Virus record (IMG/VR): IMGVR_UViG_3300029288_000155
DNA: 20,000 bases
Source of the DNA: an uncultured virus (IMG/VR IMGVR_UViG_3300029288_000155)
Taxonomy: Duplodnaviria > Heunggongvirae > Uroviricota > Caudoviricetes
Strand: one strand, 5' to 3'
The notes under the pieces are model-generated. The model was not told where the DNA came from. It ran no database searches and saw only the letters and a list, made by a program, of their open reading frames with translations. The stretch's first letter is position 1; each line of letters begins with the position of its first letter. This document shows positions 1 through 7,915 of this stretch, piece by piece. Both the position numbers and the translations under genes were made by a program.

Positions 1-1
1 C

Positions 2-253
2 CTTAACTGATCTTTTTTTACCCTCAGAAATATGTGATGCCTTATTAAGAATAGTTTTATATGAACGCATTATTCTTAATTTTTCTTTATTTTTCATTTT
101 ATTAAAATTATAATCTTTAAAATTAAAATTACAATTTTTACACAAATGAATAGAAGAAAAGTTAAGAGAGCCACAATCAGGACACCGTTTTTGCCCAGAT
201 CCTGGATTCGAAAGTTTTTTTGTTTTTTGTTTAATTTTTTGATTTTGATTCAT
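2..253 (-). CDS. Zn-ribbon protein, 3' end runs off the window (absent from ORF track)
   Basis: Manual translation from ATG at 253: MNQNQKIKQKTKKLSNPGSGQKRCPDCGSLNFSSIHLCKNCNFNFKDYNFNKMKNKEKLRIMRSYK..., open to the window edge. CxxC-x10-CxxC motif; AAGGAC SD and promoter upstream. Confidence 0.75.
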   Translation of the reverse strand, partial: MNQNQKIKQKTKKLSNPGSGQKRCPDCGSLNFSSIHLCKNCNFNFKDYNFNKMKNKEKLRIMRSYKTILNKASHISEGKKRSVK

Positions 254-294
254 TTTAAAAGTCCTTAAAAATAATTGTTAAAAATACATATCCC

Positions 295-323
295 ACTATA
301 ACCCAATAATTAGATATTGTCAA
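295..323 (-). promoter_or_regulatory. sigma70/sigmaA-like promoter
   Basis: Minus strand TTGACA(323-318)-N17-TATAGT(300-295), about 40 nt upstream of the ATG at 253. Confidence 0.75.
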
Positions 324-509
324 GAACATTTTACTATTGAAATTCTTTTTTATAAATATAAGTCATTATATTTTCTTTATTTATATTTTTTAATTTCTTA
401 TTTTTCAACTTTTTCATTTATGTATGCTATAGGTTCGCGTTTTAAAAGTTAAGCTAAAAAATGTTATTTTTTCATAAAAATATAAGTCTTTCATCAATAT
501 AAAGAGATA

Positions 510-590
510 TTAATCTATTGAATCTTTCGCTAGAATATAACAAAGCACAATTCCCATTAGTATCCAAATTAAGGCGAATAACATATTCAT
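510..590 (-). CDS. 26-aa single-helix membrane peptide (absent from ORF track)
   Basis: MNMLFALIWILMGIVLCYILAKDSID*; AAAGGA directly upstream. Confidence 0.5.
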   Translation of the reverse strand: MNMLFALIWILMGIVLCYILAKDSID

Positions 591-628
591 TTCCTTTTAA
601 CCTTAAATTTTTTTAAAAAATATTTCTT

Positions 629-919
629 CTACCAATCAATAGTCCCATTTTCAATAGATGCATATCCAAAAATACAAGCTACGGCTATATCTAATAATTC
701 TTTTTATATCTCTGATAATGGTTGATTTTGGTGGATTGCTCCCAATAATTCGATATTTGTTTCTTCAGCTATAATTCCATAGATTTCATGAGAGCTTTTA
801 AAAGAGCCATATACTTTTTGATCTAATCTTTTTTTTAAACTATTATATAATTCATTCATTGCTTGTATAATTTTTACATCTGGCACTTCTGGCCTATCTG
901 TTCCTATGCTTGAACTCAT
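629..919 (-). pseudogene. MazG-like all-alpha NTP pyrophosphohydrolase interrupted by an in-frame TAA at 704-706
   Basis: ORF 704..919 has SSHEIYGIIAEETNIELL. The same frame continues after TAA as KELLDIAVACIFGYASIENGTIDW* (TAG 629-631), which supplies the ExxD helix of the MazG fold. Confidence 0.6.
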
Positions 920-921
920 TA

Positions 922-1116
922 TTAATTCTCCTTATAGTCTTCTAATTTACAAAAATCTGGGATAGTTTTATAATCCAATTCGATATCTTTATATTTTTCT
1001 TCTAAATTTGGATAATTACAGGTACGTTTTATTTCTATTGATTTATTTAATGTTAAAGAATTTTTAAAAGGGCATTGTCCACAACACTCAATTATTTGTG
1101 TTAGTTTTTTTCTCAT
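922..1116 (-). CDS. small Cys-rich putative metal-binding protein
   Basis: CCGQCPF...C...IPDFCKL pattern; AAGGA SD. Confidence 0.7.
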   Translation of the reverse strand: MRKKLTQIIECCGQCPFKNSLTLNKSIEIKRTCNYPNLEEKYKDIELDYKTIPDFCKLEDYKEN

Positions 1117-1124
1117 ATTTTTCC

Positions 1125-1298
1125 TTATTTAAATAGGTGATAATATATTGCTATTGGACCATATAATATATGTTCAATAACATCTGAAGATCTTAAATGA
1201 AATAAATTATTTCTAATATTTCCTATTAGTAGACCAATTAAACCTAATATTCCCCATAGAATTATTAATCCTAATATATATAATAATATCATAATCAT
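1125..1298 (-). CDS. 57-aa membrane protein (absent from ORF track)
   Basis: MIMILLYILGLIILWGILGLIGLLIGNIRNNLFHLRSSDVIEHILYGPIAIYYHLFK*. ATGA overlap with the upstream ORF; fills the gap between neighbours. Confidence 0.75.
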   Translation of the reverse strand: MIMILLYILGLIILWGILGLIGLLIGNIRNNLFHLRSSDVIEHILYGPIAIYYHLFK

Positions 1299-1510
1299 TT
1301 TTTTATCTCATTTTGTTTATTATTTAATAATTTAATTTCTTTTTCAATACGTTTCACTATTTTTTTTCTTATTGCCATCGAAGCAGAATCAGATATATAT
1401 CCATGCACATATAACATAGTGACAGAATGAGAAATATCATCATATACCTCAGGAAGTCCAGGGATTTGCTCTGACAATTTTTCTGAAAGTGCCCCAAATT
1501 CTATTTTCAT
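1295..1510 (-). CDS. hypothetical protein
   Basis: 71-aa ORF with AGGAG SD, co-oriented with neighbours. Confidence 0.75.
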   Translation of the reverse strand: MKIEFGALSEKLSEQIPGLPEVYDDISHSVTMLYVHGYISDSASMAIRKKIVKRIEKEIKLLNNKQNEIKK

Positions 1511-1533
1511 TTTTAATTTCTCCTATATATTTT

Positions 1534-1962
1534 TTAATATGTTCTAAGATCAATATGTGGATTTTGTTTTTCAATATCGAAACATTTATAAGACGGGATA
1601 GAATTATCTAAAAAACAAATTATATTTTTTCTTCCATTAAGAATTCCATCTTGAGTAATAGAATAAAAGAAATAAAAAGTCTTATTAATTATAAGACAAT
1701 TTTTTCTTAAAGAAGTCACATCAAAATCCATCATTTCGGCTATTTCTAAAAATTTATTTTTTAAATTTTCAGAACTTTTTATCGTATTTGACAATAAAAT
1801 TATATCTGACATTGGTTTATTCTTTTCGATATTATCATCTTGAAAATCAGATAATATTAAAGCTTCGCAAATTAAAGAAAATGTTTCTCCCACTTGTTTA
1901 ACTTTGTATTTATTTTCTAAAAAATTATGAAGATAATTGATAGAGTTTTCCGTTAAAGCCAT
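1534..1962 (-). CDS. hypothetical protein
   Basis: 142-aa ORF, AAAGGA SD. Confidence 0.75.
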   Translation of the reverse strand: MALTENSINYLHNFLENKYKVKQVGETFSLICEALILSDFQDDNIEKNKPMSDIILLSNTIKSSENLKNKFLEIAEMMDFDVTSLRKNCLIINKTFYFFYSITQDGILNGRKNIICFLDNSIPSYKCFDIEKQNPHIDLRTY

Positions 1963-1986
1963 TTAATTTATTCCTTTAAAAGATTG

Positions 1987-2178
1987 TTATTCTAATACTT
2001 GATTTGTTGAAATGTCTGAATTCATTAAAATTTGATCTGATTGCAAACATAATTTTTCGTATGCCTTTAAATCTTCTTCTAATTCTTTTATTTTTTCAGA
2101 GCTTGCCTTATTCTTTCTAGCATTTCCTAAAGCTTTAGCTTTTTGAAACAAAACTTGCATACTTGTTATTATTTTCAT
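1987..2178 (-). CDS. hypothetical protein, helical hairpin-like
   Basis: 63-aa ORF, AAAGGA SD. Confidence 0.7.
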   Translation of the reverse strand: MKIITSMQVLFQKAKALGNARKNKASSEKIKELEEDLKAYEKLCLQSDQILMNSDISTNQVLE

Positions 2179-2198
2179 ATTTTTCCTTTCTTTATTTT

Positions 2199-2582
2199 TT
2201 AACTATAAGTTGTGGTTAAATATATTCTATATTCGCATCTGTATTTAACTTGAAGTTTTTGAATAAATTCTTGTAAAATATTTTTTTTAATTTCAATATT
2301 ATTCCAAAGAATTCCACTTCCTTGCCCAAAAATTAAGTTTTTTTCTATAATAATATGTCCGTATTTAACAGGACAATATAATTTAGTTATATCAAATTTA
2401 TCTTCTTTTTTAATATATATAATATATTTATCCTCCCCAATTTCTATATCTTCATATAGCGTATATTCATCAGTTCTTTTATATAATGGGATATAATCAT
2501 TTATAATTTTATTATATAATTCTTTTGAATCATCAATAGGAATAATTTCTGATAATAAATTAATATGTGGATCGGAGCTCAT
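2199..2582 (-). CDS. hypothetical protein
   Basis: 127-aa ORF, AAAGGA SD. Confidence 0.75.
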   Translation of the reverse strand: MSSDPHINLLSEIIPIDDSKELYNKIINDYIPLYKRTDEYTLYEDIEIGEDKYIIYIKKEDKFDITKLYCPVKYGHIIIEKNLIFGQGSGILWNNIEIKKNILQEFIQKLQVKYRCEYRIYLTTTYS

Positions 2583-2593
2583 AATTTTTCCTT

Positions 2594-2977
2594 TTAATCT
2601 GTTCCATCTAAAGTAGCGTCTTTAATTTCTTCTTCAAAATTATCATTTTGTTTATATAGATGAAGATTTTTAAAATCTATTTTTTCTGCACATATTTTTT
2701 CAAAATTAACTTTTTCTAAATGAAGCCTATACCATACTTTATCTAAAATAAAGTCAAAAGATTTATCTTTAAAACTATTCAATTTATCAACTAAAGTATA
2801 TAATATTTGCGCTTCTATTTTTTGTTTAAATATTATCTTTCGACTATCAGGGAACTTATTTTTATCTTTATCATAAATAATTAAGTATATATCATAGTTT
2901 TTTTCATTAACAAAAGGAATAATCATTTCCTCAGAACCTTCGTGAACAATATCAATGTTATTAATATTTATATCCAT
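2594..2977 (-). CDS. hypothetical protein
   Basis: 127-aa ORF, AAGGA SD, first gene after the promoter at 3016-3045. Confidence 0.75.
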   Translation of the reverse strand: MDININNIDIVHEGSEEMIIPFVNEKNYDIYLIIYDKDKNKFPDSRKIIFKQKIEAQILYTLVDKLNSFKDKSFDFILDKVWYRLHLEKVNFEKICAEKIDFKNLHLYKQNDNFEEEIKDATLDGTD

Positions 2978-3015
2978 TTTGAATCCTTTATTTTTAAAAA
3001 ATTAAATCAAAATAT

Positions 3016-3045
3016 CTTATACCACACACTATATCTTCTTGTCAA
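3016..3045 (-). promoter_or_regulatory. sigma70-like promoter with extended -10
   Basis: TTGACA(3045-3040)-N18-TATAAG(3021-3016), with TGn before the -10. Confidence 0.65.
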
Positions 3046-3063
3046 GTTTTTTTTATTTTTTTA

Positions 3064-3092
3064 TTGACATTTTTTTTAAAAAGGGATAAACT
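3064..3092 (+). promoter_or_regulatory. sigma70-like promoter, divergent partner of 3016-3045
   Basis: TTGACA(3064-3069)-N17-TAAACT(3087-3092). Confidence 0.6.
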
Positions 3093-3230
3093 ACAAAAAT
3101 AAACTAGATATTAAACTTAAATTAAGGATTTTTGTATAAATTTAGCAAATATTTCATTAGAAGAAAAAATATAAAAGGAAAAATTAATAATATTTAAAAT
3201 ACAATAAAAATATTAATAGGAATAAACAAA

Positions 3231-3491
3231 ATGAATAATAACAATTTTAATAATGACGAAGAAGAATTGGAAGAGATGGAAAAGGAAATTGAAGATCTAT
3301 ATGATAAGAGTATGGATGACAAATTAAATGATGCAATCATCTTTTCTAATTTTTATGATATAGATGATGAAGAAAATGAAGATCCAGATTCCTGTATGCA
3401 CGAAGATAAAGAATTTAATTTTAGTCCAAAAATAATAGACACAGAATTATTATCGGAAGAAGAAATAGAAGAATTATTAGGAGATAATTGA
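3231..3491 (+). CDS. small, highly acidic protein
   Basis: 86 aa with about 33 Asp/Glu, 5 Lys and 0 Arg by hand count; AGGA SD. Confidence 0.8.
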   Translation: MNNNNFNNDEEELEEMEKEIEDLYDKSMDDKLNDAIIFSNFYDIDDEENEDPDSCMHEDKEFNFSPKIIDTELLSEEEIEELLGDN

Positions 3492-3495
3492 TTTT

Positions 3496-3756
3496 TTAAG
3501 GAAAAAATAAAAGTTGACCAGGAATATCTTTTAATCTATTTTCTTCATCAACCTCTTCTTTCGTTTTTAATTGAATAATATCATATGTATATTCTACTTT
3601 TGCGACAGTTGCTTGAAACTTTATTCCACATTCAATACATATAAAAGAATGATAATCCCCTTCTGTTTCTAGCCCATATGTAAAATTATCAAAATTCCCA
3701 TTATTATCATATACTTCTGTTCCACAATTGGGACAGCATACACTTTCTTCCCACAT
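3496..3756 (-). CDS. Zn-ribbon protein with C-terminal clamp-binding-like motif
   Basis: CPNC...CIEC; ends DIPGQLLFFP; AGGAG SD. Confidence 0.8.
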   Translation of the reverse strand: MWEESVCCPNCGTEVYDNNGNFDNFTYGLETEGDYHSFICIECGIKFQATVAKVEYTYDIIQLKTKEEVDEENRLKDIPGQLLFFP

Positions 3757-3767
3757 TTTTTTTTCTC

Positions 3768-4079
3768 CTAATTTAAATTAAGTATTATTTTTTTTGCCAT
3801 TTCTTCTAATTCTTTTTTTTCATAATCTGTTAAATTTTTAAAACTTTCCTTTGTTATTGTTATCCATTCTTCATCAAACATATGATTAGAAGAACATATA
3901 TTTTCATTTTCGCTTTTATAAATAATAAAATTCTCATCTTCTTTTAATATATGAGATAAAGGATCATCTTTTTTTATTTCTACCATATAAGCATTTTCAA
4001 AATCCGTTAAATTTTTAAAAAATAACATATATATTAAACTAATAGCTTCTATAGGGATATCACTTAATGGATAAAACAT
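3768..4079 (-). CDS. hypothetical protein
   Basis: 103-aa ORF, AAGGAC SD. Confidence 0.7.
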   Translation of the reverse strand: MFYPLSDIPIEAISLIYMLFFKNLTDFENAYMVEIKKDDPLSHILKEDENFIIYKSENENICSSNHMFDEEWITITKESFKNLTDYEKKELEEMAKKIILNLN

Positions 4080-4092
4080 TATCTATTTGTCC

Positions 4093-4350
4093 TTAAAAAT
4101 TATCATTTTCGTTAAAAGGAGGATTTTGGTCATTAGATAGTTTATCTCTTAATTTTTTGCATAGTATTTCCAATCCTTTTTTCTCTCTTTCTAATGCTTC
4201 GCAATTAAAATTTTGATAAGTCAGTTCTATTTTTAGATCTGAAATTTCATCCCTCATAGCCAAAATTATCTGATTTAAATAGGTATTTTCATCATATAAT
4301 AATTTATTTTGTTCTTGTATATTTAGATTTTTTTCCTTTTTTTCTTCCAT
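4093..4350 (-). CDS. coiled-coil hypothetical protein
   Basis: 85-aa ORF with heptad-like Leu/Ile spacing; AGGA SD. Confidence 0.7.
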   Translation of the reverse strand: MEEKKEKNLNIQEQNKLLYDENTYLNQIILAMRDEISDLKIELTYQNFNCEALEREKKGLEILCKKLRDKLSNDQNPPFNENDNF

Positions 4351-4380
4351 ATTAAAATTATCCTAAAAGTATTTTTAATT

Positions 4381-4409
4381 ATTATATAGGTTTCCAAATC
4401 ACTTTTCAA
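4381..4409 (-). promoter_or_regulatory. sigma70-like promoter
   Basis: TTGAAA(4409-4404)-N17-TATAAT(4386-4381), 30 nt upstream of the ATG at 4350. Confidence 0.7.
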
Positions 4410-4419
4410 CAGCAAATAG

Positions 4420-4444
4420 AGGAAATATAGAAAAAAAGACGAAA
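4420..4444 (+). promoter_or_regulatory. candidate alternative-sigma (sigmaH-like/late) promoter
   Basis: AGGA(4420-4423)-N17-GAAA(4441-4444) upstream of 4483, too far from the ATG to be the SD. Confidence 0.4.
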
Positions 4445-4482
4445 ATAAAGAATAAATAAAATTGTACTTTTAGGGAAAAAAA

Positions 4483-4794
4483 ATGGAAGATATTTCTGAA
4501 TTTATATTAAAAATTAATACAGAAAACTATAGTGAATTAATTAATAATCGTATTTCTGATATATCAGAAAAATTTGATGATTTTATAGAATCTAAGAGAA
4601 TTTTCTTAGAGAAAAAAATAGAAAAAAATAGCAATCCAAAATATACAGATCCTATTAATAAAAGTAATATAACATTTTATCAATATTATAAAAATCAATT
4701 AATTAAGTTAGAGAACAATCCACAAAAATTAATAAATGAAGAAATAGAGAATTTAGAACAAATAAAACTAGAGAACACAGATAATGGCAATTGA
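4483..4794 (+). CDS. hypothetical helical protein
   Basis: 103-aa ORF with AGGGA SD; overlaps the start of the 1023-aa gene by 11 nt. Confidence 0.7.
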   Translation: MEDISEFILKINTENYSELINNRISDISEKFDDFIESKRIFLEKKIEKNSNPKYTDPINKSNITFYQYYKNQLIKLENNPQKLINEEIENLEQIKLENTDNGN

Positions 4795-7700
4795 AATTAG
4801 AACATTATTACAACTGAATGACGTAAGAGATATCCTAAATGGTGAATATATTTTAATGAATAATATAGATGCATCATGGACAAAGCTTTCTAACGTAGAG
4901 GCTTTGCCTTTATTTGAAACAAGATTATGGAATGAAGGCGAATTTTGTAGAATAGAGTCTGATGACTCTTTGTATTGGAAAGTATATGAAGCAAATGAAG
5001 ATACTATTGAAGATCCTAGAATATCTTCAAATTGGAACATTATATGGGAGATACTTAAAACAGATAATGAGGGGTGGGTTCCAATAGGAAGCAGTTTGAC
5101 AAGATTTACAGGGGAATTTGATTGTAATGAATTTATAATTAGTAAATTATATATAAATAATCCAACTATTGATTATGTTGGTTTTTTTGGGGCTACTTCA
5201 GATGCAAATATAAAAATAAGATTTATAGATTCTTATATAACGGGAAAAGATAGAGTAGGAGGGATAGTTGGAGATAATGGTCATTCAAGCGGATCTGAAA
5301 GTAATATTTATGATAGTTATTTTTTAGGTGATATTCTTGGGAATCAATATGTCGGCGGAATATGTGGAAGGAATAACAGATATGGCAGAATAAGAGAAAC
5401 TTTTTTTAAAGGAACAGTTTCCTCATCTTCTATATATGTTGGAGGGTTTGTTGGATATAATTATAACGGTGGAGAGATAGAAAATTCTTACAATATAGGA
5501 GACATTATAGCATCTTCTTCTTATAGAGGTGGTTTTTGTGGAAGGCAAAGAAACGAAACAGGGGTAGAACCTCACATTATTAATTGTTTTTCTGTTCCAA
5601 CAGGCGGAACTTCGTCCGGGGTAGCTGGTTTTTGCGAAATAAATAATGCCACAATTTTAAATTGTTTTTTTAATAATGATCTGGCTGAACTTACGATTGG
5701 GTCAGGAGGAACTTCTTTAACTTCTATTCAAATAAAGACATTAAATACTTTTACTGATGTAAATTGGGATTTTCCAAACATAATACTTTTAAATGAATGT
5801 TATGTTTTAAATCCAGAAGATGCAAATATAAATCATGTTTGGTATATTTTGTCCGAAAATTATCCTAAATTAATGTGGGAAAAAATTGAAATACCAAATT
5901 TGATTAATACAAATATTTCTGAAAACATTATACAGTGTTCAGGTTTTTTAGTTGGGGATATATCATATAAATATAGTAAAAGTATAGACCAAAATAAAAT
6001 TTTAGAGCAAAGTATAGATGAAACGGAGCAATATCCTTATGGAACAGACATTGATATTAACGTATCTATGGGAAACAATATTAAAACATACTTTGCTTCT
6101 TATGAACGGAAAGGATCCGGAGATGGAACATCAATATATAACTCATTTTTAATATCTGACTTTTGGAATATTTTTATTCCAGGTGACACTTTATTACTAG
6201 ATGATGGAATATATAAAGGAAGTGAATCTATGATTACTCCTACTAATGGAGTAAAAGGGGATGAAAATTTTCCAACAGAAATTAAAGCTGTTAATGATGG
6301 AAGTGTTTTTATTAATGGAGAAGGAGAGAATAAACCAATTTATCTAATAAATAATGATTGGTTCATTATAGAAGGAATTAACGTTTTTAATAGCAACGGA
6401 TCAGTTGTAACACTAAGTAATTCTAGTAATAATAAGTTAAAAAGAATAATAGGATGGGATGCATATGATGGAAATACAAACATTTTTGGTGTGCATTCTA
6501 ATAGTAACAATAATTTAATCGAAGATTGTGCTGGATTCGGAATTGCCAGAAAAATATTTAGCAATTCGCAAATGGGGAACTATTTAACATTAAGGAGATG
6601 TTTTGGAAGATGGGAGGGGAGTCACTATAATGGACCAAAAATGACCTTCACTATGGCATATAATAGCTATAATGCTATTTATGAAAATTGTATAGGAACA
6701 TGGGATGCTTTTAGGATGGATAAAAATTATTTATTAAAATGTTCAGATGAAAACACATACAGCAAATGTAATACCTTGTTTGAAAATTACGAAGTAGATC
6801 AGCCTTACGGAATTTTTTCACGAGATAGAAACGATGGAGATAAAGATGTAAATAGTTATCTTCTGGGATCTATAGCATATGTAAAAGATGGTCAAAAATG
6901 TGAGGGAATTCCATCTCTTATAAATATTTCTAGCTTAAATAAATTATATATTAAAAATTCAACCGCTTTTGCTTCAAATGAATTCATAGCTTTATATTTA
7001 AGTTCTTTTTTTAAGTGGGAAAAAAATAAAAGCTATACTCAAATAGGGGAAGAATCAAGTAGAGGAGTTATTCCAACTATTTATAATGGACATTATTATA
7101 TTCCACTAACAACAGGAGTTACATCTGAAACTCAACCAATTTGGCCTGAAAATGGAGGAACTGTAGAAGATGGAGAGGTAATATGGAAAGATGCTGGAGA
7201 AATAGACTTATTAATACAAAACTTTAATATTTTTGGCACAAAAAATATAAGTAATTGGAATATAGAAAATTTAATAGAGGAAGGAGATATATATGCGGAA
7301 AATGAAGCTAACATAAATTTCCAATATATTGATGGAGTACAAACAAATGTCCCATTATGGCCTTGGCCTATGGATCAAAGAATTTATGATGCAATGACAT
7401 TCGCGGGATATAGCAATATAAATGGAGAAGATAAGAGAATTATTGTAACCTACGAAATAAAGTCTATATTTTTACAAAATATTCTATCCGATATTTATGA
7501 AAATATAATAAATAATTATAATAATATTGTTTCTTATCCTTATAATAATCAAACCTACATATCTAATATAATGTTATATATGACAAATTTAACTACTTCC
7601 GATTATGATGATATTATAAATATGTTTTTATTATTTTCTCAAACTTTTTCAGAAATGCAATCTGTATTAATCGCTTATAATTATTCTGACTATAATTTAG

Positions 7701-7855
7701 TTCCATCCGTTAGAGTTATTAATAGATATTTTAAAGAAAAAATTGATACATCTTTGACTGACTTTGTAAATTCTATTTGGATAGATGAAGTTCCTTCTAA
7801 TTGGAAATATTTATGTCAATTAAGTGGAGAAGATGTTTCTGGATGGAATAGCTAA
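4784..7855 (+). CDS. large modular glycan-interacting protein: GLUG repeats, PASTA-like domain, right-handed beta-helix, carbohydrate-binding-like inserts (putative virion fibre/spike)
   Basis: GLUG-type repeats (VGGIVG, VGGICG, VGGFVG, RGGFCG). PASTA-like segment IPNLINT...GFLVGDISYKYSKSIDQNKILEQ...GTDIDINVSMG. Pectate-lyase-like start GSGDGTS...PGDTLLLDDGIY followed by Asn-rich turns. No signal peptide. Confidence 0.75.
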   Translation: MAIEIRTLLQLNDVRDILNGEYILMNNIDASWTKLSNVEALPLFETRLWNEGEFCRIESDDSLYWKVYEANEDTIEDPRISSNWNIIWEILKTDNEGWVPIGSSLTRFTGEFDCNEFIISKLYINNPTIDYVGFFGATSDANIKIRFIDSYITGKDRVGGIVGDNGHSSGSESNIYDSYFLGDILGNQYVGGICGRNNRYGRIRETFFKGTVSSSSIYVGGFVGYNYNGGEIENSYNIGDIIASSSYRGGFCGRQRNETGVEPHIINCFSVPTGGTSSGVAGFCEINNATILNCFFNNDLAELTIGSGGTSLTSIQIKTLNTFTDVNWDFPNIILLNECYVLNPEDANINHVWYILSENYPKLMWEKIEIPNLINTNISENIIQCSGFLVGDISYKYSKSIDQNKILEQSIDETEQYPYGTDIDINVSMGNNIKTYFASYERKGSGDGTSIYNSFLISDFWNIFIPGDTLLLDDGIYKGSESMITPTNGVKGDENFPTEIKAVNDGSVFINGEGENKPIYLINNDWFIIEGINVFNSNGSVVTLSNSSNNKLKRIIGWDAYDGNTNIFGVHSNSNNNLIEDCAGFGIARKIFSNSQMGNYLTLRRCFGRWEGSHYNGPKMTFTMAYNSYNAIYENCIGTWDAFRMDKNYLLKCSDENTYSKCNTLFENYEVDQPYGIFSRDRNDGDKDVNSYLLGSIAYVKDGQKCEGIPSLINISSLNKLYIKNSTAFASNEFIALYLSSFFKWEKNKSYTQIGEESSRGVIPTIYNGHYYIPLTTGVTSETQPIWPENGGTVEDGEVIWKDAGEIDLLIQNFNIFGTKNISNWNIENLIEEGDIYAENEANINFQYIDGVQTNVPLWPWPMDQRIYDAMTFAGYSNINGEDKRIIVTYEIKSIFLQNILSDIYENIINNYNNIVSYPYNNQTYISNIMLYMTNLTTSDYDDIINMFLLFSQTFSEMQSVLIAYNYSDYNLVPSVRVINRYFKEKIDTSLTDFVNSIWIDEVPSNWKYLCQLSGEDVSGWNS

Positions 7856-7863
7856 TTTTTTAA

Positions 7864-7889
7864 AGGAAAAAAATAAGAAAAATAGGAAT
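7864..7889 (+). promoter_or_regulatory. candidate alternative-sigma (sigmaH-like/late) promoter
   Basis: AGGA(7864-7867)-N18-GAAT(7886-7889); a separate AAAGGA SD lies at about 7902-7907. Confidence 0.45.
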
Positions 7890-7915
7890 TATAATATATT
7901 TAAAGGAAAGAATAT

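Noticed and set aside
334..417. 27-aa Lys/Asn-rich minus-strand ORF behind a weak TTAACT-N17-TAGCAT motif
   Set aside because: No SD, low complexity, expected by chance in AT-rich DNA.
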